Shown here piece by piece: positions 37,274 through 44,898 of a stretch of 50,848 nt of DNA. A program made the translations under genes and the position numbers. Below the pieces are notes generated by a model. That model was not told the DNA's origin and did no database searches. It worked only from the letters and a program-made list of their open reading frames with translations. Source of the stretch: a virus; IMG/VR virus record IMGVR_UViG_3300045988_066011; one strand, given 5' to 3'. Positions within the stretch are counted from its first letter, which is position 1, and each line of letters starts with the position of its first letter.

Positions 37274-37711
37274 ATGCTTAGATTTCTAAAATATACGCTT
37301 CTGTTTATCACAGGAGCAGTATTATATTACGCAGTAGAGGTAGCCTTTAGGGGCTACTCATTTTTTTCTATGGCGGTATGTGGAGGAATATGCTTCATAT
37401 TATGTGACTTAATCAACGAGAAAACGAGGAGATGTATGCCTCTGGTCCTGCAGATGCTTATAGCCTCGTTGGAAATAACATTGATTGAATTTATAGCAGG
37501 GGTGATTCTGAATATATGCCTGGGACTTGACATGTGGGATTACTCAAACATGCCCGGAAACGTACTAGGGCAGATATGCCCCGAATTTAGCCTGATATGG
37601 TATTTTATGTCGTTCATCGGTATTTATCTAGGAGACCTGATTAGATGGGCTCTATTTGGCGAAGAAAAGCCTCATTACCACATTTTCGGAAAGAAGAAGG
37701 GCGAAAAATGA
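37274..37711 (+). CDS. Multi-pass membrane protein (DUF1113 / 'ABC-transporter type IV'-like), putative holin-like
   Basis: Four hydrophobic helices. Motifs FRGYSF..MAVCGGICF and LDMWDYS. RBS ggaggtg. Sits in the lysis region. Confidence 0.5.
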   Translation: MLRFLKYTLLFITGAVLYYAVEVAFRGYSFFSMAVCGGICFILCDLINEKTRRCMPLVLQMLIASLEITLIEFIAGVILNICLGLDMWDYSNMPGNVLGQICPEFSLIWYFMSFIGIYLGDLIRWALFGEEKPHYHIFGKKKGEK

Positions 37712-37932
37712 CAAAGTTGCAGATTGTCTCTAAACTGTGGTCCGTTATATATGATCTTGTATTCTTAATCAAGGGGACTCCGACAAAAGAACTGCCAGAG
37801 ATTGAAAAAGAGCTTGATTGCTTGGAATACGAGTGTAGAAAATACGCAGATGCAGATGATATAGAGCTTGAAATAATCAGGCAGAACAACGAAACAAGCC
37901 ACCGAATACGCGCAGAGCCTTTGGAATTTTAA
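37708..37932 (+). CDS. Hypothetical protein (74 aa)
   Basis: ATGA overlap with the upstream gene. Confidence 0.4.
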   Translation: MTKLQIVSKLWSVIYDLVFLIKGTPTKELPEIEKELDCLEYECRKYADADDIELEIIRQNNETSHRIRAEPLEF

Positions 37933-37989
37933 AGAAATTGTTTAAAAATCTAAAGAATATGCTTAAAAATCCACGGAAGGAGCATAATC

Positions 37990-38346
37990 ATGGAATTATT
38001 ACTTGCTGCCGGAATACCGTCTGCAATAACAGCTTTCTGTTTTTGGATAATCGAGAAAAAAATTCAGGAGAGGACAGCTCAGGAGCAACAGGAGAGGACA
38101 AAGAGGCAAGAAGAGCTTGACAAGAAAGAGAAGAACCGGGAACAGCTTCAGTACAAGATGCTTAAGGCTATAGATGGCTCGCTCGCACTGTCAGAGGCAA
38201 TAGCCAAGGCAGTACAGAGAATACCGGATGCTAAATGCAACGGTGACATGCATTCGGCTCTTGACTATGAAAAAGATGCAAAGCATGACCTGGAGAACTT
38301 TCTAAACATGCAGGCTGTAGACCACATAACAGGTGGCGCACGTTAA
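37990..38346 (+). CDS. N-terminally anchored coiled-coil membrane protein (holin or lysis regulator candidate)
   Basis: MELLLAAGIPSAITAFCFWII is a TM helix, followed by a charged coiled coil. RBS aaggag. Confidence 0.4.
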   Translation: MELLLAAGIPSAITAFCFWIIEKKIQERTAQEQQERTKRQEELDKKEKNREQLQYKMLKAIDGSLALSEAIAKAVQRIPDAKCNGDMHSALDYEKDAKHDLENFLNMQAVDHITGGAR

Positions 38347-38416
38347 AGTACTTATATAGGCTTATATAGGTGCTTAAATATTCTACATGAACAAATACAC
38401 ATAAAATTGATTTAAA

Positions 38417-38456
38417 AGCCATATGAAGGCAGATACGCAGTCATATGGCTGTTTTA
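38417..38456 (+). terminator. Rho-independent terminator
   Basis: agccatatga (38417-26) pairs with tcatatggct (38441-50), then gtttt. Confidence 0.55.
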
Positions 38457-38486
38457 ATGTAAAGCAAATACAGGAGGTAAACAATT

Positions 38487-38855
38487 ATGGATTCACTCGC
38501 TTACATTTTTTACCAGATACCAATACCGGTAATCTGTGCAGTATTCGTTATACTGATTGCAATCGTTATCGTCTATGAGATCCAGTGTGCAAAGCTGGAA
38601 GGACTGGACAAGCTCAGAGAAAAGGCATATGAGCTGATTCTGGACGCAGAACACATGTATACGGAATCCGGACAGGGATATTATAAGCTGTTGTATGTGT
38701 GGCATAAACTGAAAGAACAGTTACCGGGCTGGATGCGACTGTTTATGACGGATGATATGCTGATGGATTTAATTGATGAGTGGTTTAGGGCGGTGAAAGA
38801 CCTGCTTGACGATGGAAAAATAAATAATTCGTCAAAGAATAAACCCAAAAAGTAA
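38487..38855 (+). CDS. N-terminal TM protein (122 aa), lysis-region hypothetical
   Basis: IPIPVICAVFVILIAIVIVY is a TM helix. RBS aggagg. Confidence 0.4.
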   Translation: MDSLAYIFYQIPIPVICAVFVILIAIVIVYEIQCAKLEGLDKLREKAYELILDAEHMYTESGQGYYKLLYVWHKLKEQLPGWMRLFMTDDMLMDLIDEWFRAVKDLLDDGKINNSSKNKPKK

Positions 38856-38889
38856 TTAAAGCCAATTAAAGCTCAGAAAGGAGAAAAGC

Positions 38890-39903
38890 ATGAGTTTAAT
38901 ATCAAATTGTGGACACAATGAAAGCGGAAGACTGACCGGTGGTAAACCGGGAGACCAGACAGGCGGTGAGTGGGCTCTGATACCATGGTATAGCAGACCT
39001 TGGAACGTAGTATTAAGGCACCCGGATCCGAAGGTAAGGGCAAAGCTGTCAGAACTGGCAAAGAAAGCTGCTAAGAACAATCTTGTAGGTTACTGCCAGA
39101 CACACCGTGGAACATACTGGACTCACCTGAAAGCGAGCCATTATGACCCATCACAGATAACGATAGCGTGCGAGGCCGACTGCTCGTCAGGAGTTTTGTC
39201 GAATATAAGGGCTGTAGGATATCTCTTGAATATATCATCATTCAAGAATGTATCACTTGTAAGCACCAGCAGTATGCGTAAAACGCTCAAAGCGCTGGGA
39301 TTTGAGGCTCTGACGGATAGTAAATACCTTACAGGCCCGAATTGGCTCCTGGAGGGCGATATATTGCTCTACGAGGGGCATCACACGGCAACCAACTGCG
39401 AGAATGGTTCTGCAACCGGAAAAAAGCACCCTGCATCATCTGGAACATCATCCGGATCCGGAAGCTCAGGCTCAGCGTGCAAGGCAAATGTAAAACTTGG
39501 TCAGGAATGGCTCAACTGCAATTATGGCAATACACTTGTAAAATACCGTGGAGCAAAGCTGGTAACAGATGGAGATTACGGTACAAAATCAAGGGCAGGA
39601 GCACTTGCAGTGTGGAAGTATCTTGTCAACAAGAAGTTCGGCGCCGCGCTGACTCCATCGAACACAGCCTTTGGTGAATCCTGCAAAAAGATAGCAGGCA
39701 AGGCACTTGTTAAAAACGGCACGCAGGGAACCTTCACATACCTGTGTCAGTTCATTCTGGCAGCAAAGGGATATTACAGCGGAAGAATGGACGCTGTATG
39801 TGGAATCAATCTAAGTGTGGCAATTACTGCCTACCAGAGGTCCGAAGGACTTCCACCTGATGGCGAGTGTGGAGCTGACACATGGTACAGCTTATTCAAT
39901 TAA
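38890..39903 (+). CDS. Endolysin: N-terminal peptidoglycan hydrolase domain, Ser/Gly linker, two PG_binding_1 repeats
   Basis: GGKPGDQTGGEW catalytic-domain motif, SSGTSSGSGSSGS linker, and DGDYGTKSR and LPPDGECGADTWYSLF PG-binding motifs. Confidence 0.85.
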   Translation: MSLISNCGHNESGRLTGGKPGDQTGGEWALIPWYSRPWNVVLRHPDPKVRAKLSELAKKAAKNNLVGYCQTHRGTYWTHLKASHYDPSQITIACEADCSSGVLSNIRAVGYLLNISSFKNVSLVSTSSMRKTLKALGFEALTDSKYLTGPNWLLEGDILLYEGHHTATNCENGSATGKKHPASSGTSSGSGSSGSACKANVKLGQEWLNCNYGNTLVKYRGAKLVTDGDYGTKSRAGALAVWKYLVNKKFGAALTPSNTAFGESCKKIAGKALVKNGTQGTFTYLCQFILAAKGYYSGRMDAVCGINLSVAITAYQRSEGLPPDGECGADTWYSLFN

Positions 39904-39966
39904 GCAGCTCAGACAAATGTAACTTATAAACCAAATTACCTACCGACTTTTTTATATCACGAAAAT

Positions 39967-40002
39967 GCCCCGAGGATTATTGACGTCCCCGGGGCTATTT
40001 TT
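39967..40002 (+). terminator. Rho-independent terminator of the late operon
   Basis: gccccg-gg pairs with cc-ccggggc (8 bp, one bulge), followed by tattttt. Confidence 0.7.
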
Positions 40003-40278
40003 ATTGCTAAAATGTGATACATAAAATAATGCTTCTGTCAATAGAAATACTGCACAAAATATCAGAGCATTAGTTGGGTAAAATTTCAAATCGGTGTGAA
40101 AAAAGATTTTTCGATATAACTATCATCTGAGGCACAAAAGGCTGGATTAAGCAAATTACGCAGTCTCATGCAGGCGAGTATATCAAGCCGGAAACAGTAA
40201 AAGTAATTATCAACAGTGCGCTGTGGAAAATGTGTATAACTCATTATAGTGCGCTGATACACCAAGAAAAATTATTTG

Positions 40279-40395
40279 TAACGTGACGAATCACGTGACG
40301 AATTATGAAAACATCACGTGACGAATCACGTGACGAATTGCAAAAACATCACGTGACGAATCACGTGACGAATCACGAAAACGTCACGTGACGCT
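40279..40395 (+). repeat. Iteron array: seven full 12-mers TCACGTGACGAA (one starts TA, one ends CT), arranged as pairs with 35-bp phasing
   Basis: Copies at 40279, 40291, 40314, 40326, 40349, 40361 and 40384, plus a partial copy at 40373. Confidence 0.9.
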
Positions 40396-40468
40396 AATTA
40401 ACAAAATGTTATATCCCTTGAAAAATAAGGGGTTACAGCGATTTTTACATCAAGCGGAAAAGTGCTTT

Positions 40469-40502
40469 AAATGTTATCAAATCGGCTCAAAATGTTATCA
40501 AA
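40469..40502 (+). repeat. Two 13-bp direct repeats AAATGTTATCAAA spaced 21 bp apart
   Basis: 40469-40481 and 40490-40502. A partial third copy (aaaatgttat) lies at 40403-40412. Confidence 0.8.
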
Positions 40503-40518
40503 ATGCCTGCGAACACAC

Positions 40519-40573
40519 ATATATATTATTATATTTTAGTTATTAGTTATATATAATTAATATATATAATATA
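40519..40573. other. 55-bp ~96% A+T block (candidate DNA unwinding element), followed by a polypyrimidine tract at 40574-40602
   Basis: atatatattattatattttagttattagttatatataattaatatatataatata. Confidence 0.6.
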
Positions 40574-40620
40574 CTTCTTTTCTTTGGTTCTTTCTTTTCT
40601 TCAAAAAATCAAAATTCACA

Positions 40621-40649
40621 TTGCCTAAACTTGAAACGCGGTATATAAT
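40621..40649 (+). promoter_or_regulatory. Orphan promoter TTGCCT-17-TATAAT
   Basis: ttgcct aaacttgaaacgcggta tataat. No ORF follows it. Confidence 0.5.
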
Positions 40650-40655
40650 CAAATC

Positions 40656-40862
40656 ACATTGAAGGGTACCCGGTGATGAGAAGGGTACAGTCCTTCAATC
40701 CCCCATTAATTTAAAAAGCATAGTTAAGCTCTTTTTGTATTCCTAAATCACATTGGAAGCACAGAAACGAGCTAAAAGCATCCGCATATCAAATTATCTC
40801 CGTTTGCTAAATATGCGGAAAGCCCAGAAATAAGAGACATTAAGCGTGTCTCTTATTTTTTT
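40656..40862 (+). ncRNA. Candidate ~200-nt small RNA
   Basis: It has its own promoter. A 14-bp interrupted hairpin: attgaagg/gtaccc (40658-71) pairs with gggtac/ccttcaat (40683-99). A second hairpin is ccgcatat/atatgcgg. The strong terminator lies at 40829-62. No ORF longer than 12 codons. Confidence 0.35.
40829..40862 (+). terminator. Rho-independent terminator
   Basis: aataagagac pairs with gtctcttatt (10 bp), followed by T5+. Confidence 0.8.
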
Positions 40863-40884
40863 GAAAAAACTTGCAATACATCTA

Positions 40885-40913
40885 TTGACAGATTTACTTT
40901 AGTGCGCTATATT
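40885..40913 (+). promoter_or_regulatory. Promoter TTGACA-17-TATATT with AGTGCGCT element
   Basis: ttgaca gatttactttagtgcgc tatatt. The downstream aacaacaaaaca is shared with the cro promoter 5' UTR. Confidence 0.65.
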
Positions 40914-40966
40914 AAAGTCAACAACAAAACAAACACACGAACGGAAAACAAACGGAGGCAAACACC

Positions 40967-41167
40967 ATGAAATACAAAATCAGCTACAGAATTAACGAGT
41001 ACTTAATAAACAGAAATTATGAGATGCTCATCGGAGACAATGACCATAGAATAATCACCGGAGAAAATGAGGATGATGCAGTTTCAAAATTAAGAAATAT
41101 GCTCAATATCAAAGATACAGCATCAAAGATGTATGAAATAGAAATCTTGGACATTGAGGAAAGATAG
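40967..41167 (+). CDS. Hypothetical protein (66 aa)
   Basis: RBS acggagg. First gene after the promoter. Confidence 0.5.
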   Translation: MKYKISYRINEYLINRNYEMLIGDNDHRIITGENEDDAVSKLRNMLNIKDTASKMYEIEILDIEER

Positions 41168-41179
41168 GGAGAAATAAAG

Positions 41180-41407
41180 ATGGTAAAAGCAGAGCAGGAC
41201 GCAAAGAACCTTATAGCAACACTGGACATTAAAAGAATATTAGATATGTTCGAAATGACAGAGACCATGGACGATCCGTCTGTTTCAATCATGAGAGGCT
41301 GGTACATGGATGAGATAGAAAAGAGATATCCGCGAGAGTTTGATAAATGGCTTGATACAGACGATATGGCAATATCAACACTCAGAAAGCTTATTTTCGC
41401 ACAATAA
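41180..41407 (+). CDS. Hypothetical protein (75 aa)
   Basis: ORF with upstream gggag. Confidence 0.5.
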   Translation: MVKAEQDAKNLIATLDIKRILDMFEMTETMDDPSVSIMRGWYMDEIEKRYPREFDKWLDTDDMAISTLRKLIFAQ

Positions 41408-41430
41408 CAGACATTTAAGGAGGAAGAGGC

Positions 41431-41913
41431 ATGGCAGCAACAATTATTCAATTTCCGCAGACACACAGTAACGCATATTTCAACCTGAAAGGCATTCTTG
41501 AGATAGCCACAAGCAATGAAGCTATTGCCGAGTATGCCGAGATAGCTCAGGCTATTGACGAAAAAGGCGGTTTCAGACCGGGCGAGACAGATGAACTGGC
41601 TGAGTTAATCAGAACTAAGAGAATTGAAAATGCAGCACCGGTTCCAAAGCCTGCATTACAGCCAACTAAACCCGGATTGTATTGTTACACTCCGGAGATG
41701 GGAGAGGCTAAACCGGAGTGCGAAATTGAGGCATTAAGAAGCTATTACGGCAAGCACTACACCATATACACCGCACTTGAACTGAAGGGCAGAGGAATCA
41801 AAACCGATGGAGTCAAAGCTCCGGATGGGAGAAACAGATATGTTGTAACAAACAGAGCTTTTGACATGCTCTGTGAAAAATACACAATATCACAGGAACT
41901 GCTACTTGATTAA
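41431..41913 (+). CDS. Hypothetical protein (160 aa)
   Basis: RBS aaggagg. Confidence 0.5.
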   Translation: MAATIIQFPQTHSNAYFNLKGILEIATSNEAIAEYAEIAQAIDEKGGFRPGETDELAELIRTKRIENAAPVPKPALQPTKPGLYCYTPEMGEAKPECEIEALRSYYGKHYTIYTALELKGRGIKTDGVKAPDGRNRYVVTNRAFDMLCEKYTISQELLLD

Positions 41914-41957
41914 CTGACACCGGCCGGAGGCGGTATAACCTCCGGAGAAAGGAAAAA

Positions 41958-42119
41958 GTGAAAATTCAGATATTCGAGGTATACAAGAGCGTAAACAATA
42001 AAGACTGGTACCGAGTAGGAGGAACGCCGTTCCCACAACTGGCTCTGGAAGTTATGAGGAACCTGGAGAAGCACGGTATTTATGCGAAAATCGTATCAAA
42101 AATGGAAAAACCGAGCTAG
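41958..42119 (+). CDS. Hypothetical small protein (53 aa, GTG start)
   Basis: VKIQIFEVYKSVNNKDWYRVGG.... A-rich RBS-like ggagaaagg upstream. Not in the track. Confidence 0.3.
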   Translation: MKIQIFEVYKSVNNKDWYRVGGTPFPQLALEVMRNLEKHGIYAKIVSKMEKPS

Positions 42120-42130
42120 GAGGTGATTGT

Positions 42131-42415
42131 ATGTGGAATTATCCGGATGAGGATGCGTTTTGGGAAAGCAGGCGCGTGGAGATGGAAAGCATGTTTTATG
42201 GCACCGAAAATGAGCCAGAAGAAAAAAGCATATATGTCGATGAAGAGCTGGACGAATTGGAAGCGGAATATGGCTGTTCCATGGATGAACTGCCGGAAGG
42301 CGATTTGATGGACATTGTATTTAAAATCACCGGTGAGGTCCCGACAGAGGCGAGGTACAATGCAAGATTATACGAGATAGAATACATGACAGAAAGTGAG
42401 GCAGGAACATGGTAG
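42131..42415 (+). CDS. Acidic hypothetical protein (94 aa)
   Basis: RBS taggagg; D/E-rich. Confidence 0.5.
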   Translation: MWNYPDEDAFWESRRVEMESMFYGTENEPEEKSIYVDEELDELEAEYGCSMDELPEGDLMDIVFKITGEVPTEARYNARLYEIEYMTESEAGTW

Positions 42416-42801
42416 ATAAAAAGAAAAAATGGAAGGAAATACAGGGCTTTTGCAAGGAATACATAAAACTGCATGGATATCCCCCAACAGTGCGAGAGAT
42501 AGCTGATGGCGTTGATTTAAGGTCCACAGGCTCGGTAAATAGCTACATGATAGAAATGTACAACAACGGCATGTTAATATCAGAGCCGGGAAAATACGGA
42601 ATCCCACGAGCTTTTAGAATCCCCGGGATGCATATATCGTTCGATGAGGATGAAATACCGGTTGTGACCGAAAAAACAGAAAAAACAGTAACGTTCAAGT
42701 GTAGAAACTGCGGAAGAGAGCGGTGTATACCGAGCTACTGGAAACCGAAATACTGCGAGGTTTGCGGTAGTAAATTCGACTGGAAGGGAGATGTAGACTG
42801 A
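42409..42801 (+). CDS. LexA-type winged-HTH DNA-binding domain fused to a C-terminal zinc ribbon (no S24 peptidase domain)
   Basis: IQGFCKEYIKLHGYPPTVREIADGVDLRSTGSVNSYMIEMYNNGML matches the LexA_DNA_bind pattern. The C-terminus is CRNCG...CEVCG. Confidence 0.6.
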   Translation: MVDKKKKWKEIQGFCKEYIKLHGYPPTVREIADGVDLRSTGSVNSYMIEMYNNGMLISEPGKYGIPRAFRIPGMHISFDEDEIPVVTEKTEKTVTFKCRNCGRERCIPSYWKPKYCEVCGSKFDWKGDVD

Positions 42802-42986
42802 TGGCACTATATATGGCGGTCACTGCTGATAAATACGAACTGCCCCTAATGGTATCAAACAACGGCAGAGAGATGGTTGATATATACGGCATCAAATACG
42901 AGAACCTGATGTCGCAGATTAGCAAAAAGTGTTCCGGAAAGAAGCAGGGTGTAAAATTCGTTAAAGTTCAAGAGGAGGAAGAGTAA
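42801..42986 (+). CDS. Hypothetical protein (61 aa)
   Basis: ATGA overlap with the upstream gene. Confidence 0.45.
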   Translation: MALYMAVTADKYELPLMVSNNGREMVDIYGIKYENLMSQISKKCSGKKQGVKFVKVQEEEE

Positions 42987-42988
42987 TT

Positions 42989-43348
42989 ATGAGGTCTCAG
43001 AATGGCTCAGGACGCATTGAAAATGTAATCTTGAGGAAAAGATTAAAGAGAAGGACAAAAAGCCTGGAAAAGCAGAATAAGCGTATTAAACGCAGAGAGA
43101 ACGAAAACAGACGATTAAAAAAGAGACTGCTGAGAACCGGATCGGAGCTAAACGATGTGGTGAGCAGGCTTGCCACCAGCTATTGCCCGTACTGCGAAGA
43201 ATATAATATGTTCTGTTGGGAGCCGGAATGGGGATTAACATCTTATTGCCCTAAATGTGGAGCAAGAATAATGCTATGTGAGAAATGCAGCAAGAATGGA
43301 GGCAACTGCGACTACGACTTGAAAACTGATTTGTGCTCAGAAATGTAA
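42989..43348 (+). CDS. Basic coiled-coil plus zinc-ribbon hypothetical protein
   Basis: KRLKRRTKSLEKQNKRIKRRENENRRLKKR, then CPYC...CPKC...CEKC. Confidence 0.45.
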   Translation: MRSQNGSGRIENVILRKRLKRRTKSLEKQNKRIKRRENENRRLKKRLLRTGSELNDVVSRLATSYCPYCEEYNMFCWEPEWGLTSYCPKCGARIMLCEKCSKNGGNCDYDLKTDLCSEM

Positions 43349-43356
43349 TACATGTA

Positions 43357-43385
43357 TTGACGAAAGTAACGCACCGTAGTAATAT
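43357..43385 (+). promoter_or_regulatory. Promoter TTGACG-17-TAATAT
   Basis: ttgacg aaagtaacgcaccgtag taatat, directly upstream of the HTH gene. Confidence 0.5.
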
Positions 43386-43409
43386 AAAAACGCTAGGAGG
43401 TGCGTAGAT

Positions 43410-43724
43410 TTGGATGTAATGCAATATGTCAAGAGGGTTATGACAGAAGAAAAAATAACTCAATCGCAGCTGGCTTCAAAAACCGAATGGAGTAGGCAGA
43501 GAGTGTTTGCTATTCTACAAAACAATAACTCGAATTATAACTCAGTCAAAAAAATATTAAATGCGCTCGGCAGAGATTTAAAGATATCCAGGAAAGACGG
43601 AAAAGAGATTGATTTCGACGTTGATAAATTATATTCAACCATAGAAAAGACGGCACCTCTTTTTGGAAAACTTGAAAAAATATTAAACACAATGGGGTAT
43701 GAAATCGAAATCATAAAGCTATGA
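43410..43724 (+). CDS. Small HTH (XRE-like) regulator
   Basis: ITQSQLASKTEWSRQRVFAILQN is an HTH. TTG start 9 nt after AGGAGG; an in-frame ATG lies at 43419. Confidence 0.55.
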   Translation: MDVMQYVKRVMTEEKITQSQLASKTEWSRQRVFAILQNNNSNYNSVKKILNALGRDLKISRKDGKEIDFDVDKLYSTIEKTAPLFGKLEKILNTMGYEIEIIKL

Positions 43725-43853
43725 AAGCCCAGAAATAAGAGACATTAAGCGTGTCTCTTATTTTTTTGAAAAAACTTGCAATACATCTATTGACAGATTT
43801 ACTTTAGTGCGCTATATTAAAGTCAACAACAAAACAAACACACGAACGGAAAA
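43723..43853 (+). repeat. 131-bp terminator-plus-promoter cassette, copy B
   Basis: Identical to 40818..40948. Terminator at 43734-43767; promoter TTGACA at 43790-95 and TATATT at 43813-18. Confidence 0.9.
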
Positions 43854-43865
43854 GAGGAAAAAGAT

Positions 43866-44066
43866 ATGATGAACTTTAAAAACGAATGGTATGGAAGAAT
43901 AGAAGATCTGGAAGCGGATATAAAAGATGAAGGGTACGACATCCTGGAATCAAACAGAGAGTACATCACTTTTGAAGATCCTGATTCTGATGAGGATACA
44001 CAGTATGTGGCATACCTCGCAGGAACCGAAAGCACAATAGTTGTAGAAAGAATTGAGGAGGTATAA
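43866..44066 (+). CDS. Acidic hypothetical protein (66 aa)
   Basis: First ORF after promoter copy B. Confidence 0.5.
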   Translation: MMNFKNEWYGRIEDLEADIKDEGYDILESNREYITFEDPDSDEDTQYVAYLAGTESTIVVERIEEV

Positions 44067-44068
44067 CC

Positions 44069-44305
44069 ATGACAAAATTTGAAGTTGGAAAGACATACTT
44101 ACACACATTAGACACAGGAGCAGGAATGAGATTCAGAATTGACGCCAGAACTGAGAAGATGGCAACGGTAACGATTCATCCGGGCGGAGGACGCTACGAG
44201 AAAACAAGACGCAGAAGAATTTATGATTGCGGATGTATGGAGTACATCGAAATCATGGACACAATAATCGTTGATTCAGACACACCGGAAGCAAAGGAGG
44301 ACTAA
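44069..44305 (+). CDS. Hypothetical protein (78 aa)
   Basis: RBS ggagg. Confidence 0.5.
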   Translation: MTKFEVGKTYLHTLDTGAGMRFRIDARTEKMATVTIHPGGGRYEKTRRRRIYDCGCMEYIEIMDTIIVDSDTPEAKED

Positions 44306-44309
44306 AGCG

Positions 44310-44726
44310 ATGATGAAAGACGAGTTTGAGAAGCTGATAGGTAAAACAGTCGGCGACGATGATTATGACATAATCGAAAATGTTTACACATGGCATCCAA
44401 GCATCGGAAATGTAAACGGAAAACAGCAGATAGCAAGTATTTATCAGCAATTCGGAATGCCGATTATTATCAGCATGAATGAGGCAGCTGAGTTTGCAAA
44501 GAAGCTCAACGGTGAAAAACTGAAGCTGGAGGCACAGCTTAGAGATATAGCCAAAAGACTCGAGGCAGTGACAGCCGGCAATCTTGAGGAAGAGAGATGC
44601 AGGAAGGATGCCGAAGATTTATTTACCAAATGCCAAAGCCCCAGCGACTGGCAGATGGCGGTTGACTACATGGAGAGCAAATACGACAAGACATTAGTTA
44701 AAAAAGTCAGAAAGGAGTGCAAGTAA
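44310..44726 (+). CDS. Hypothetical protein (138 aa)
   Basis: RBS aaggagg before ATG 44310. Confidence 0.5.
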   Translation: MMKDEFEKLIGKTVGDDDYDIIENVYTWHPSIGNVNGKQQIASIYQQFGMPIIISMNEAAEFAKKLNGEKLKLEAQLRDIAKRLEAVTAGNLEEERCRKDAEDLFTKCQSPSDWQMAVDYMESKYDKTLVKKVRKECK

Positions 44727-44896
44727 TGGCTGACAGAACAAATCACAGGCTTAACTGCCTGATAGAAAAAGAAATTCGCATGTGGGACGGAACGGTACAC
44801 GGGGCTACCGTCCAGAACATGTACGAGAACGGATCAGATTACGAGAGTATCTGCGATGTAATGAATGTGGACTATGAGGATTATAAGGAGGATTAA
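44726..44896 (+). CDS. Hypothetical small protein (56 aa)
   Basis: The ATG overlaps the upstream TAA (taATGg). MADRTNHRLNCLIEKEIRMWDG.... Not in the track. Confidence 0.35.
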   Translation: MADRTNHRLNCLIEKEIRMWDGTVHGATVQNMYENGSDYESICDVMNVDYEDYKED

Positions 44897-44898
44897 CC

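Larger units (their letters stand above)
40818..40948 (+). repeat. 131-bp terminator-plus-promoter cassette, copy A (identical to 43723..43853)
   Basis: Perfect identity by eye, offset 2905 bp. Confidence 0.9.

Noticed and set aside
40279-40395. CRISPR array
   Set aside because: The units are only 12 bp, directly abutting or separated by short non-unique spacers. No cas genes are present. The pattern fits protein-binding iterons.
41017-41466. 149-aa minus-strand ORF
   Set aside because: It is antisense to three consecutive + strand ORFs that have RBSs and lie downstream of a strong promoter. Its composition is serine-rich shadow sequence.
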